From assembly GCA_002245135.1 (NCBI GenBank), contig NGBS01001201.1:1-55614 (forward strand): a DNA stretch of 55,614 bases, given 5' to 3'. Positions 1 to 11,824 of this stretch are shown here, piece after piece; the first letter of the stretch is position 1; the number at the start of each line of letters is the position of its first letter. A program made the translations under genes and the position numbers. The stretch comes from Proteromonas lacertae. Taxonomy: Eukaryota. The notes beneath the pieces are model-generated. The model did not search any database, was not told where the DNA came from, and saw only the letters and a program-made list of their open reading frames with translations.

Positions 1-1982
1 TGTCAATAATTGAGAATGTTTTTTTCTTCATGTCAAATATTACTTCACAACTGCAATCACCCAAATCTATTTTATTTAGTTTTTGCATTATACCAATATT
101 ACCATAACAGTTTCTATGAAGTAGATATATCTCACAATATTTGCCATGCTGATTACTATACATATTAGCTGATTCTACAGCCCCTATATAGAAATCAAGA
201 AATGCACTGAAGATGAGAAATAAAAGTGGTAGATTGATTTTTCCATCTTTACATTTAACAAACATCTTCTCCCATATTCGCAAGTATAATAAGAAATTGT
301 TCTTTTATCTGTGCGAAGTAAAATATGTTCATCGTAAGTAAAATGAAATTCTAAAGAATATATTTATATTCTTATACTATCATAAACCTCTAATCTCATT
401 TTATATTCTTTTGCATTCCATGTATTCTTAGCAACTACAATTAAACCACCTTCATATGGTTTACTTACTAATCCACTAATTTCACCTGTCTCTTTATTAA
501 ATGATAAACCATTTGGTAATTCTATTGATAAAATTATGACATTTATACTTGATTTGAGATAGAATTCTTCTACATCTCCATCAACTATTGGTTTTAAACA
601 TCCTTTTATATTTAAATATATCACTCCTTCATATTTAAATCCTTTTATTTTTCTATCTATCAATATTACATTACATCTTTTATATACTTTTTATTCTTAT
701 TCTTTTTCTTTCATCTTTTATAATCTCATTTATTAATTCATTCTCTCTATCTTCAATTCCTTTATTATGAATATAATAATATATATTGTTAATGTTTTCA
801 GCATGCTTTAATAAGATTTTATCATTTTCAATTATATCATATACAATTTCCATTCCACATTTCTCTACCATTACATCCAGTATTTGATATAATTCACTTT
901 CGTTTTCTCTCATAAATGTAAATAAACATTTCAAAATATTTTCATTTCTTTTCTTTCTTTTCATAAAATCATTCAATTTATATTCATTTAATAATTCGTC
1001 TAATAATTCTTTATTTTCTTCATAGATTAAACATAAGTCATTTTCATATATCAATAACATTACCATCATTTTAATAATCATATTTCCTTCAACTAATAAC
1101 ATTTCTAAATCTATTATGTTTTTCTTAACAATCTCATTATTGATCATTTCTTCTTCTATTAAAAATAGAATAGAAATGGTTTATACTTTTCATTTCGATT
1201 TCTTCATTTTCTCTTGGATAATTGTCTATCAGATATTCATATAATATTTCATTTTTGATTTTTGGAATTGAGATATATCTTATTAACTGATTTATTTCAT
1301 TTTCATTTATTCTGTTCATTATCTCTTTCATCATTTCATTTTCTTCTTCATTCAAATATTTCTCATTATTTAACATATAACCATTCAATAATTCTTTTAA
1401 TTCACTTCTATTTCCATTAAATATTACTTTATTACTAAAGATTTCTTTTATACTATTCACATTCATCTCATTCATCATTTTATCATTCAATAATCGATAA
1501 TTCTTCATACTTAAGTATTTATTCATTTCTATCTTCATTTCTAATAGATTCTTATTCTCAAGTATGTATTTCTCATTCAATAATTCAACAATTACTCTTT
1601 TATTTTTATACATTCTTTTCATTATATATTCTTTCAGTATGTTCAACAATCTATTCTCATTGTAACAAACACAAATCAATAACAGTTTAACACAGTTATT
1701 ATCTTCAACATTTATATCATTTCCTTCATAATATCTTTCTAACATCAGAAATACATCTTTATTACATCCTTCATATAACTCTAATGGTTCTTTAAACTCT
1801 TTATCTTCTAAAATCTCTCGAAATGTATCATTACAACAACACAATAATGATTTTAATGTTTTCATTTCAACATCTTCAACTAATACTCTCAAATCACCAT
1901 ATCCACACTTTATCATTTTTCGAATAAGACTATGTAGATATATTATAGCATAATTGAGCCGATTGATTATTATACCCTTCAT
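1..1982 (-). CDS. BTB/POZ(-BACK-like) + He_PIG-type Ig repeat + SPRY-like protein, copy 1 (3' end runs off the window; 1-nt frameshift near 207)
   Basis: ORFs 1137-1982, 680-1147 and 364-663 are joined in frame by 31-nt GT-AG introns (e.g. 1156-1186). BTB pattern YGDLRVLVE...FLMLERYYEG...NCVKLL; Ig repeat LPNGLSFNKETGEISG; beta-rich C-terminus. One base is missing near 207 relative to copy 2. Confidence 0.7.
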
Positions 1983-2156
1983 TTTTATGTATATTTGATT
2001 TAATTATCATTTCTATAGTCTTAAAATTGATAAAATATGAAAAAGCTTGATACTTGTCAAATCAATGTAATTTACATGTTTAATGTCATAATCAATTTTT
2101 CATTCATTTAATGTATAAAATATAGATATAAAGGTATAAATATTTATAAATAATTA
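1..2156. repeat. Direct segmental duplication, copy 1 (partner 20521-22691)
   Basis: Position 1 (tgtcaataattgagaatg) matches 20521. Near-identity continues through the gene and about 170 nt of upstream DNA to ataaataatta (2156 / 22691). Confidence 0.95.
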
Positions 2157-3069
2157 ATTTTCAGTTTGTATTTTTAGAACAGCTTCATAAAATATAGTTT
2201 CCATCCCCTTTTCTTTAAATATTTTAAACACCTCATTCAATTCATCATTTCCATATTCTGTGAACGTTTTAGGGAAGGTTCTTTTCTTATCAAGGTCTTC
2301 CATATCATTACAGAGTATTTTATCTACATATCTAACAACAATAGCTTTCCATCTAAGAGTTTTTAATCTTCTAACCATTTCACAACAACTTTCTTCTAAT
2401 CCTTCAATATATACTACTCCAGGATATCCTATCTTTGTACCACCATATAAACCTAATTCTGATGACCAATTGATTATTGCTTTGCGTTTAAGTGGATTTC
2501 TAATATGATGAAACCACATTATTCGAAATCCTAAATATATTTTCTGTGATGATGAAGTTTCTGATTTGTTATCATCATCATTACTCTTTTCTAATAATGA
2601 TAAAAGTTCATCTTCAACAAACAAATATGTTGAATAGATAATCACTTCATAATTCTGATTTGATAGTAAGAATTTCTCTATATTATATTGAATCTCATTT
2701 TGTTGAGAATTTGTAAGTTGAGGAGTTGTAAATGAAACCATTGGTTTAATATCTGGATATTCTGGTGGAATAGTAAAACCAACTGTGTATTTAATGGATA
2801 TTTCATCATTAATTTCTTTCTAGATCATGTGTAACAGGTGATAATACATTTATATTAAGAGATAAATCAAATTGATGAAGAGAGTCAATTTTTACATCTT
2901 TATTATCTTCTCTTAAAATATCTTTCAATGATGCAATGTAATTAAAATCGTAGTTTAGTTCTTCTAATTACAACAAAGATATGTTGACAAATATACCAGC
3001 AGAAAATATGGCATTCAACGATTCTATTTCATCCAATATTTGCATACAGTTTGAATATAAATTAGACAT
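2154..3069 (-). CDS. RWDD2: RWD domain + DUF1115 protein (RWDD2A/B-like), 2 introns
   Basis: Spliced N-terminus QILDEIESLNAIF and RWD motif PPEYP; DUF1115 motifs FHHI, GYPGVVYIEG, LRWK. Confidence 0.8.
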
Positions 3070-3553
3070 ATTTTATTTCATTCAACTATCAAAAATAATG
3101 TTTTAAAAATCGGAACAAAAAAAGAATTTTCATACCCCTAAATGTTAAAAATGTTCTTTTTCATTTAGAATAGGTTTAATCACCAAAACACACACAAAAT
3201 TTTATAGTATATATACATATACATGAGTATAGATAAGTCATTAGAACATTCCCTTTATACTGTCCATCAAAACATCTTCTTGTCTACTTTGACGAATTCT
3301 ATTTTTCAAAAACTTTAATTTACTTCTCCTGACAAGTCTATCGTATAAATAAAATGAGGCGACTAAATCAGGCACGATTTCTTTAATAATTCTTAAAAGA
3401 AGATCTATCAAGATTTAACATATGATGAAGCACTATCAAGATGCTTAAATATATTCAAAATAACAACAATAATTATTAATTATAGTTATTTTCAGAATTC
3501 CATACAAACAAATCATTTTTAAAACAACATTTGACAGAATTTATAAAATTATC

Positions 3554-3561
3554 AACAAACA
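3554..3561 (-). terminator. TGTTTGTT GU-rich 3'-end/polyadenylation element 1 nt after the TAG
   Basis: Minus strand reads ATG TAG A TGTTTGTT. This motif is known to mark cleavage sites in Blastocystis. Confidence 0.45.
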
Positions 3562-3562
3562 T

Positions 3563-6500
3563 CTACATGTGAATTCCTTTAGAGTCAATAATTTGTCTCT
3601 TCTTATCAGCATTAACCTTTTTAATAGCATTTCTTCTATAAATACAGAAAACAACTACTAAAACTATCAAGGCAACTGCAATTACACAAGCTATTATTAC
3701 ACCAACTATTAATCCAGTTTGGATTGTACAATCATCATTAATACCTCCCCATACAGCTCCAGTATCAGTAGGAAGACATTTTCTAAATTTATTACCACTA
3801 TAAGCTCCTTTACATCCAAGATAATTAACACTTCCCATCTCTGTCATACTCCATTCACCATCTGTTGAACAATACTTAATAACAACTTCAATATTAATAG
3901 AAACATTTACACTTCCTTGATCATTATACACAGTGAATATATATGTTTGATTCTTACTGTCACTAACTGGAGTTCCTGATATTAAACCATTCATTTCATT
4001 GAATTTAATACCAATTGGTAATTCTGGTTCACATTTATATTTCAATGTTCTTGCAGTTGCTTCAAATAATAGAGTTGGTTCAATATAAAGGTTCTTAGTA
4101 AAAGCATAATAATTATTATATGATAAGATAACTGGAACAATTGGTTTTGTGAATGATAATAATATTTGTATTGTAGCTTCACCATCAGCATTTCTTAAGT
4201 AAAAAGTATAATATTTACTTCCTGTTGTTGTTTTAACTGTTCCAGATATTTCACCTGTTTTTTCATTCAATACTAATCCTTCTGGTAATGAGGGATTTAC
4301 AGTGTATGTAATATTTAAACCATTATCTTCAAACAGTTTAATACTCTCTACACTATCTCCATAATTCAATACATATTCATCTTTTTGTGATATAACTACT
4401 GGTTTTTTAGTTTCTTCTATTGTAAATGGAATTGTTACATCAATTTTGCCTGTTCCTTCAGTCGTTGCTGATGCTGTTATTGTGAATATTCCACTACTCG
4501 GTTCTTTAACAGCTACTTTACCATATAATCTTCCTGTTTTTCCATCTAATTTCATTGATTTTGGTAAATCACCTCCACTTAAGAAGTAAGATAAACTCTT
4601 TCCTGCTATTTGATATAATACTAAATCTTTATAATCAACACCATAATAAAACGTATAAGAATCAACTTTATCTATTACAACAGGAGATTCACTTAATATT
4701 ACATTTATCTTTATCATAATACCAACAGAATCATATTGATTCTTTATAGTGAATGTAAATAATCCATTTTCTAATTCTTCTAATGGTGATCCTGATATTT
4801 TACCAGTATATCCATCCATTGTTAAACCTTGAGGTAATGGAGGTTTAACTGATATATCTAATTCATTACCAATTACAGTGAATAAAACAGCAGATTCAGT
4901 CTTAACACCAACATAGAATGTATAATCAGTTACATAACTAGTAATAACTGGACTATTAGAATGATCAACTGACAGTGATACTTGAACTTCAGTTGAACCA
5001 AAATCATTAACTAAAGTGAAGGTGTATAATGCTAATGGAATTTCACTTAAACATTTTGCATTATAAATACCATAATTATATGGTTGTTGTTGTTTAATAC
5101 ATGTTGGTAATGGCGGATTAATACTCATACTCCTAATATAACCAGTATAGGTAAATAATACAACACCTTCTTCAGTTTTACCAGTAATAAATGAATATTT
5201 CTCTTTTTTAGTCAATATTTCTGGCTTAATTGGACAAGTATTTTGTATTTCTCTCCATTGTGGTTTCTTACCTGTTGGACATAAGAATGTTCTATAACCT
5301 TCTAATCCATTTGGACAATCGACTGTTATATTATCACCACCCTTCGTGTAAGGTAAAATATCAGTTTTCATACAGTAGAATATATTACAAACTCCAGGCA
5401 TAAAATCAGATATAATAATACTAGAACTATCTGGATTTGCAGTCATATTCAATTGTAATTCATTGGTAAGATAATTATTTTCATAAATATCAGTATCAAT
5501 TATTTCATAATCATATGCTGGTTTTTTAATCTCCAATGTTGTTATTTTCTTTATTCCTTCGGTAGTCTTTTGATTTATATCAATTGACAGTGGATTATCT
5601 GTAGACATATATTTTGATGGATTAACAAACATAAATCTATTGATATAGACAAATTTATATTCTCCAAAACTAATTGTTAGATATGGTTTACCAACTATAC
5701 CACCTGTACCACCCATGTAATATGTTATTTCATTAGAATCCATTGCATATCTTTTTGGAGTATAATCAGAACCTTCTGGATAAGCATCAGACACTATACC
5801 AAATGTATTGAGTCTTGTACATGATTCTTGATCTATTGATAAATTATGAATAAATAAATATACTATCACCATTAAGATCAACTGAGTAGAATTTAACATC
5901 ATTCAACTTATCACTATCATCATACTTATGTAATTCAATGGCAATTAATACTTCACGGTTATTAAACATTGATATTGGTAAAACATAAGTAACTGGTGTT
6001 ATTGCATCAAATCTATTTGTAGCTTTATGAGTGTCACTTAATTGTCCACTATATTATAATTATTATAGATATATTTATACGCTGGTAAATTGATACGACC
6101 AACTTCTGTTTCATTTACATAATAAACAAATCCAGTAAATACATCAATACGAGTATAAAAAGCTGAGAATGAATCTAAATCATGAACAGGAATAATCTTT
6201 CTCAAGTAGAGTGTATTACTACTACTTGTATCAATATCTTCTAATTTTGAACTACTCCATACACTAGTAAAACCATTCTTATTCCATCCTTGTTCATATT
6301 TTAAACTATATTGCCATGTAGTTGAAGAATCAACACCATAACTCACTATTTATATTATTAATAATAATTATATACAATGCAATGGTGCTGTATATTCATG
6401 TGGTCCATCACCAGTCTTTATACTACAATGACCCATTGGAGCTTCATAAAAGAATACATCTGCATAACCACCATTCCAACCTTGACCTTCAGCTGCATCT

Positions 6501-9500
6501 GTTCTACATTTTAATGTATAATCACCTTGAGGAACACATTTATAATAATGACTATCTAAATCATATTCACCTATTTTTAATGTTACATTATTATTTGAAT
6601 CTCTTATTTCTACATTAACATATTGTCTTCCATATCCTGTAGCCATTGCATAAACATGTAATAACGCATATCCTTTATCAATACATTCTATTATAATTAA
6701 ATATAATAATAATAAGTATAATATACTTGTTAAAACTACTTCAATTGTTATATTTAATGATACTGTATGACCTGATAATGATACAGCTGAAACAGTATAA
6801 ACCTTTTTTGGATAATTCTTCAAACACATACCTCCCAACAATCCATTATTTTTAGATATTGTTATTCCTTCAGGTAATTCTGGTTCAACTTTAAAATCAC
6901 TCAATACATTATAAAATGAAGCTTCTAAAGTTCTGTCTATATATTGTTCAAATACCATTTCTGTTGTAGAATATGTAATTGGTGAAGGTACATCAGCTAT
7001 TCATTATATTATGATATATATATATATATATATATATACTTGCATGAAATCTCACTATTGCTTTACCACCACTATAACCTCCTCCATATTTAGTTACATT
7101 GGATATCACAACACCATTCATCAATATTTCCACTCTAAATGTTGAATAATATCCTAAATTATTCCATATATTAGCAGTATATTCAGCATTCTTTAAACAT
7201 ATTGTCTTAGTCCATTTCTCTTTAGGTTGTTTTATATCAATTGCACTAATTACACTCTTACCAGTTGAATCAACTAATGAGAATTCATAACTTGATCCTG
7301 TTGGTGATAATGTGAATAGTGCTAAGTCTTCATCCTCTTTACATTGATCTTCTACTGTAATTGTAATATTACTTGTTGTACAACCAGCACCATTACATGC
7401 TTGGATTAATAATGCAAATTCACCTAGTTGTGTAGCATAACCTTCTATTGTAGCTTTATCATTGTCAAATGTTGATAAAGGCAATTCACCTGTCAGATAA
7501 TAACCAGCTACAGCTGCACCACTATCATCTGATAATGTGAACTTTATTACTGAACCTAATGCAATTGTTCCAGTATTATAATATTTATCACTTGTTAATT
7601 CATTGAATATATAGACGTTTGATGGTGCTTTAATATCTTCAACAGATATAAAGACAGTCGTTTCTAATGGATCTCTCTTAGTGAACGTAGCTGTAATAAC
7701 ATATTCATCTCTTTTAGTAGCTACAATGGGTAATCCTTCAATATAACCAGTAGTTTCATCGAAAGAAATACCTTGGGGCAAATCTTTATTGATCGAAAAT
7801 TTTGGCTTATCACTTTCTTCTATTGTAATACCATTGAAGAGTGGTTTATTAGATACTGGAATAGCTACATCAATTAAATAAGATGATATTACATAGGTAT
7901 ATTCCAATCTACTTGGTGGATCTATATTAAAAACATAATGAAAATTATAAAATACTATAAAATAATAATTCTGATGGATAATGATAATCTGAATCATCTG
8001 GTCCTTTAATTAACAATTCAACAGTAGAAGCACCTTTATATTGTGTATATTCCAACATAAAATATTGATTCAATTCATCATCATATACTTCAATATCTTG
8101 AGTAACAGTTGAATTCTGATTACCTTTATAAGAAAATGCTCTAACTTCATAACTACTCTTCAATTTAATATTACAACTATCATCACATGTTAATTTATAT
8201 GAATATATTCCACTTTTGGGGTATTTAATTACTCCTTCCCAATGTACACCATATTCACTCATAAACTCAGCTCCCAAGCCTTTCCATACCACTATATCAG
8301 GACTATATTCTTTATTGGCGATTTCTTCAATACGTAATACTTTCAAATGTGATCCTTCTTCATTTCTATTGGGTAAGAAATCCTGAAGTCTTGGAAATGA
8401 ATCATATTTCATATAATAAGCAACTAATCCTTTTAGGAATATATCTGTAACCTCAATAGTGATGTTAAATATATTTGTATTAGCATGAGACGAATAACAG
8501 TAAACTGAATAAGAATTAGTTGATACATCATTGCTTGTACCTGATAATGTACCTGTTTTGATTTTATAACCAGCTGGTAATGGTGGAATTGTTGTACAAG
8601 TATCAGCCATCTGTAACTGTAAATTCTATTTGTTGTTCTACACCTTTACCCCATGAATAACTTGATTTGAAGAATATTAAGGAGTGTGCTGCTTTATAAC
8701 TGGGTTCTATGCTTAAAATAAAGAATATATATATATACTGTTATATAATTCAACATGTTGTTTTTCACCATTTCCTATTTTCACTTTAAAATCAAAACCA
8801 TATCCACCATAAAGGCCCACTATCACCACTTCTTTGCATTCCTGAGATAACATGATATTTAAATGAGTAATAACCAGCATCTAAGCTAATTGGTTCACTT
8901 GATAATTCTACTGTACTTCCATTGCATGTTAAGTAGCTTGAGACTATAATATTTCCATCTAATTCAATTAATGAACCATAATCTGACTGAATGTAGAATG
9001 TATATGTATTTTTCACTTCAACATTGATAAATCCTGTAATATTGATATACAAAAATCTAAATTCACCTTTCTTATCAATATCATAACCAAATATTTCAGC
9101 AACTCTTTCTAATGTCAAATCTAATCCAAAAAAGTCGAGTGGTCCAGCTGGTAAACTACCTTCACGTGAACCTGAGTCATATATTGTTGTCTGTGGACAA
9201 TCTGCCCAATAGGGTGTAGCATATACAAAATTAGCTATATTAAAGTATTCATTATCTAAAAAATCTACAGTAAATGTATATTCATAATTGCTTGAACTTG
9301 TAACTGTTATCACTACCTCACCTGTTGTTGACTCATTCTTATGGTATAACGATAACTCTCCAGTGTTTTTGTCGAATGCTAATTCTTCAGATGTAAGGAC
9401 TCTTGATGCTGAAATAGTATACCTAAAACAATTAAGAAAAATCTATATACATTTCACCATTTTTGGCATTTAAAGGCTTTAGAACTTGTTTTTCTTCTCT

Positions 9501-9668
9501 TGGGAGTTTCAATAAAGAGACTGGATAATAAAATTTACCCAATTCATCACTACTCAGAATAGATGATTCATTTCTTTCTCTCTCATCTTTCTTACGAATT
9601 GCTTCTGTTGATGTGATTAACAAGCAAAAGTCAACCAATAATAAAACATATGCAAGTGATTTTGTCAT
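3563..9668 (-). CDS. Large (~1,900 aa) type I membrane surface protein: signal peptide, 2 PA14-like domains, many He_PIG/cadherin-like Ig repeats, galactose-binding-like modules, Cys modules, TM helix, short tail
   Basis: About 8 GT-AG introns (e.g. 9423-9450) link ORFs 9432-9668 through 3563-5902. Signal MTKSLAYVLLLVDFCLLITSTEA; PA14 motifs ITGFINV..YTFYIQSDYG and HWEGVI..YSYKLTCDDS; repeats LPxGxxxxxxTGxISG; TM GLIVGVIIACVIAVALIVLVVVFCIY. Two +1 frame breaks near 8816 and 8608. Confidence 0.8.
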
Positions 9669-9905
9669 GTATTTTTATCGCAAATTTCGATTGAAATTTT
9701 TAAACCAAATAGCCAATCAGATTTAAGACACAATGGCTTGATCAGTCAAGCTGTGAAGAAAATGATAGAATTTTTCTGTATTACTGTAATTATCACTATA
9801 ATTATCTGTTGTACCAAGTTGCTGATTTAGATCACACAGATTGGTGAATCTAAATAAGAAAATAACAAATATATAAAATAACAATTAGAAAAATGTATTT
9901 GCACT

Positions 9906-11767
9906 CTAGTCTTTCTTTTCCTCCTGGATCTGTTGGAACATAATTATCTGTTCAATTTGTTTTATTTCAGGTAATTTTTCTTTTCCAAATTCTATAACCA
10001 ACGTAGCATCACTAACATCCATATGCATCTTCAAATAGTCACTCACTTTATTATAAAACTCAGTACCAACTTTTTTAATCACTCTCTTCTTAATTGTGTA
10101 AGTGTCTATTCTTCCAAATTCAGCTGGAGGTAAATCAAATTCAATATCTCTAGTCAATTGTCTTCTCAATGCTTCTAATTTTATACGATTCTTCATATCA
10201 GCTTCTATGGTTTCATCTAAAATTCCAAATTCATCAGCTATAATACATACATAATATATGATATATACTAGTATCATTAGGTCTAAATTCATCAACAGGT
10301 GTATATGTTTTACTATCTTCAATACCATCATCATGTATAATCATTGTACCAAAATCTTGATCCTCTTTTGTATCTTCAAGGCCATACATTGTTCCACCAA
10401 ATGCATCAGTTTTCATTTCATTTCTATTGTTGAATGAACTTGGATGATGAGGTAATTCTGGTCTTTTTGTTACTGGTTCAGCTATTCGAACAGATTGGTG
10501 CTTCCTTGCTTCTTTATGGAATATTGAATTAGCTGTTAATGTATTTACATCTTTCACTATCATTGTACCATTAACATTTTCAATATTTACACTATCTTTC
10601 ATTATGACTGTTGAATCTTCGATACTATTTTCAATACCATCAAATTCTTGTAATGTTGGTAATATTTTGCCACTTGGAGCAGTAAATTCACTTAATTTTG
10701 ATTCATCGATTTTTGCACCTACTGTTTTTCTAGTTAATACATTTGGAGATGAAGCAGATAAAAACTACAATATATATATTTATAAGTATCACTTATACAT
10801 CATAATTCTTTAGGTGATTTAAATATCTCATTGATTGATGTTTATTTAGAGGAACTTTTTCTATCTTTTTATCTAATTCTTGCTCTATTTATATGTTATT
10901 AACTATATTTATTGTATTTATACGTAAACTGTCCATGTATTTAGTCATAATTGGTAAATTCAATATTTCTTGACAATTTGGTCTTTGCAACGGATCTTTA
11001 TTCATTAACAAATGGACTAAATCATGTAATTCCTGTGAATAACCATTCGGTATATCAGGAAAGTCACAATTACAAATTTTCATAACAATTACCATTAAAT
11101 TACCATTAAAAGGATGATTATAAGAACATAATTCATATAATATAATACCTAATGCCCAAACATCAGATTTACTGTCATATGGCTTACCTTGGCATAATTC
11201 AGGTGATAAATAATAGGGAGTACCTATGGCTGTTAATGCCTTTTGTGCTGTACATTGAAGTACTTTGGATATACCAAAATCACCTATCTTACAGTTGTTC
11301 TGTCCATCCAGAAAAACATTGTTGGATTTTAAATCTCTATGAAGAATTTTCTTTGAATGAATTAGTAGTAAACCACAACATATTTGATAAAAATAGTGTA
11401 GAATTTCCTATTTATTATAGATTTATAAAAAAATCACTAATACGTTTTCCTTCATCACATTTCCATCATCTTTATATTTCTTAATGACTGACTCTAATTC
11501 ACCACCAGCACAATATTCCATAACTATATGTAAATTTATTTGTCTCTCATCCAAAAAACTCTCAAAATAGCTCACAATATAACTATCATTGAACATTTTT
11601 AAAATTTCAACTTCTTGCTTTGCTTTTTCTCGTTCTTCTTTAGAATCCATATCTGAAAGTTTTATTTTCTTCATACAATACAATTGACCTGTTGGTTTAT
11701 ATTCTACCAAATAAGCAGAACCATATGAACCTTGGCCTAGCTTTTTCTTCTTTTCGTAGTTATTCAT
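9906..11767 (-). CDS. NIMA-related (NEK) Ser/Thr protein kinase, about 4 introns
   Basis: GQGSYG, HRDLKSNN, DFG, GTPYYLSPE, KSDVWALG read across exons; NEK-like C-terminal domain. Confidence 0.9.
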
Positions 11768-11824
11768 TTTAAATTTTTAAAGCTTGAGGCTCGAGTTACA
11801 AACGATTTTTCTTTTTATCAAAAT
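11768..11824. promoter_or_regulatory. 57-nt spacer between divergent NEK and cyclase start codons (putative bidirectional promoter)
   Basis: Head-to-head ATGs at 11767 (-) and 11825 (+); contains GCTTGA, GGCTCGAG and AAACGA. Confidence 0.55.
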
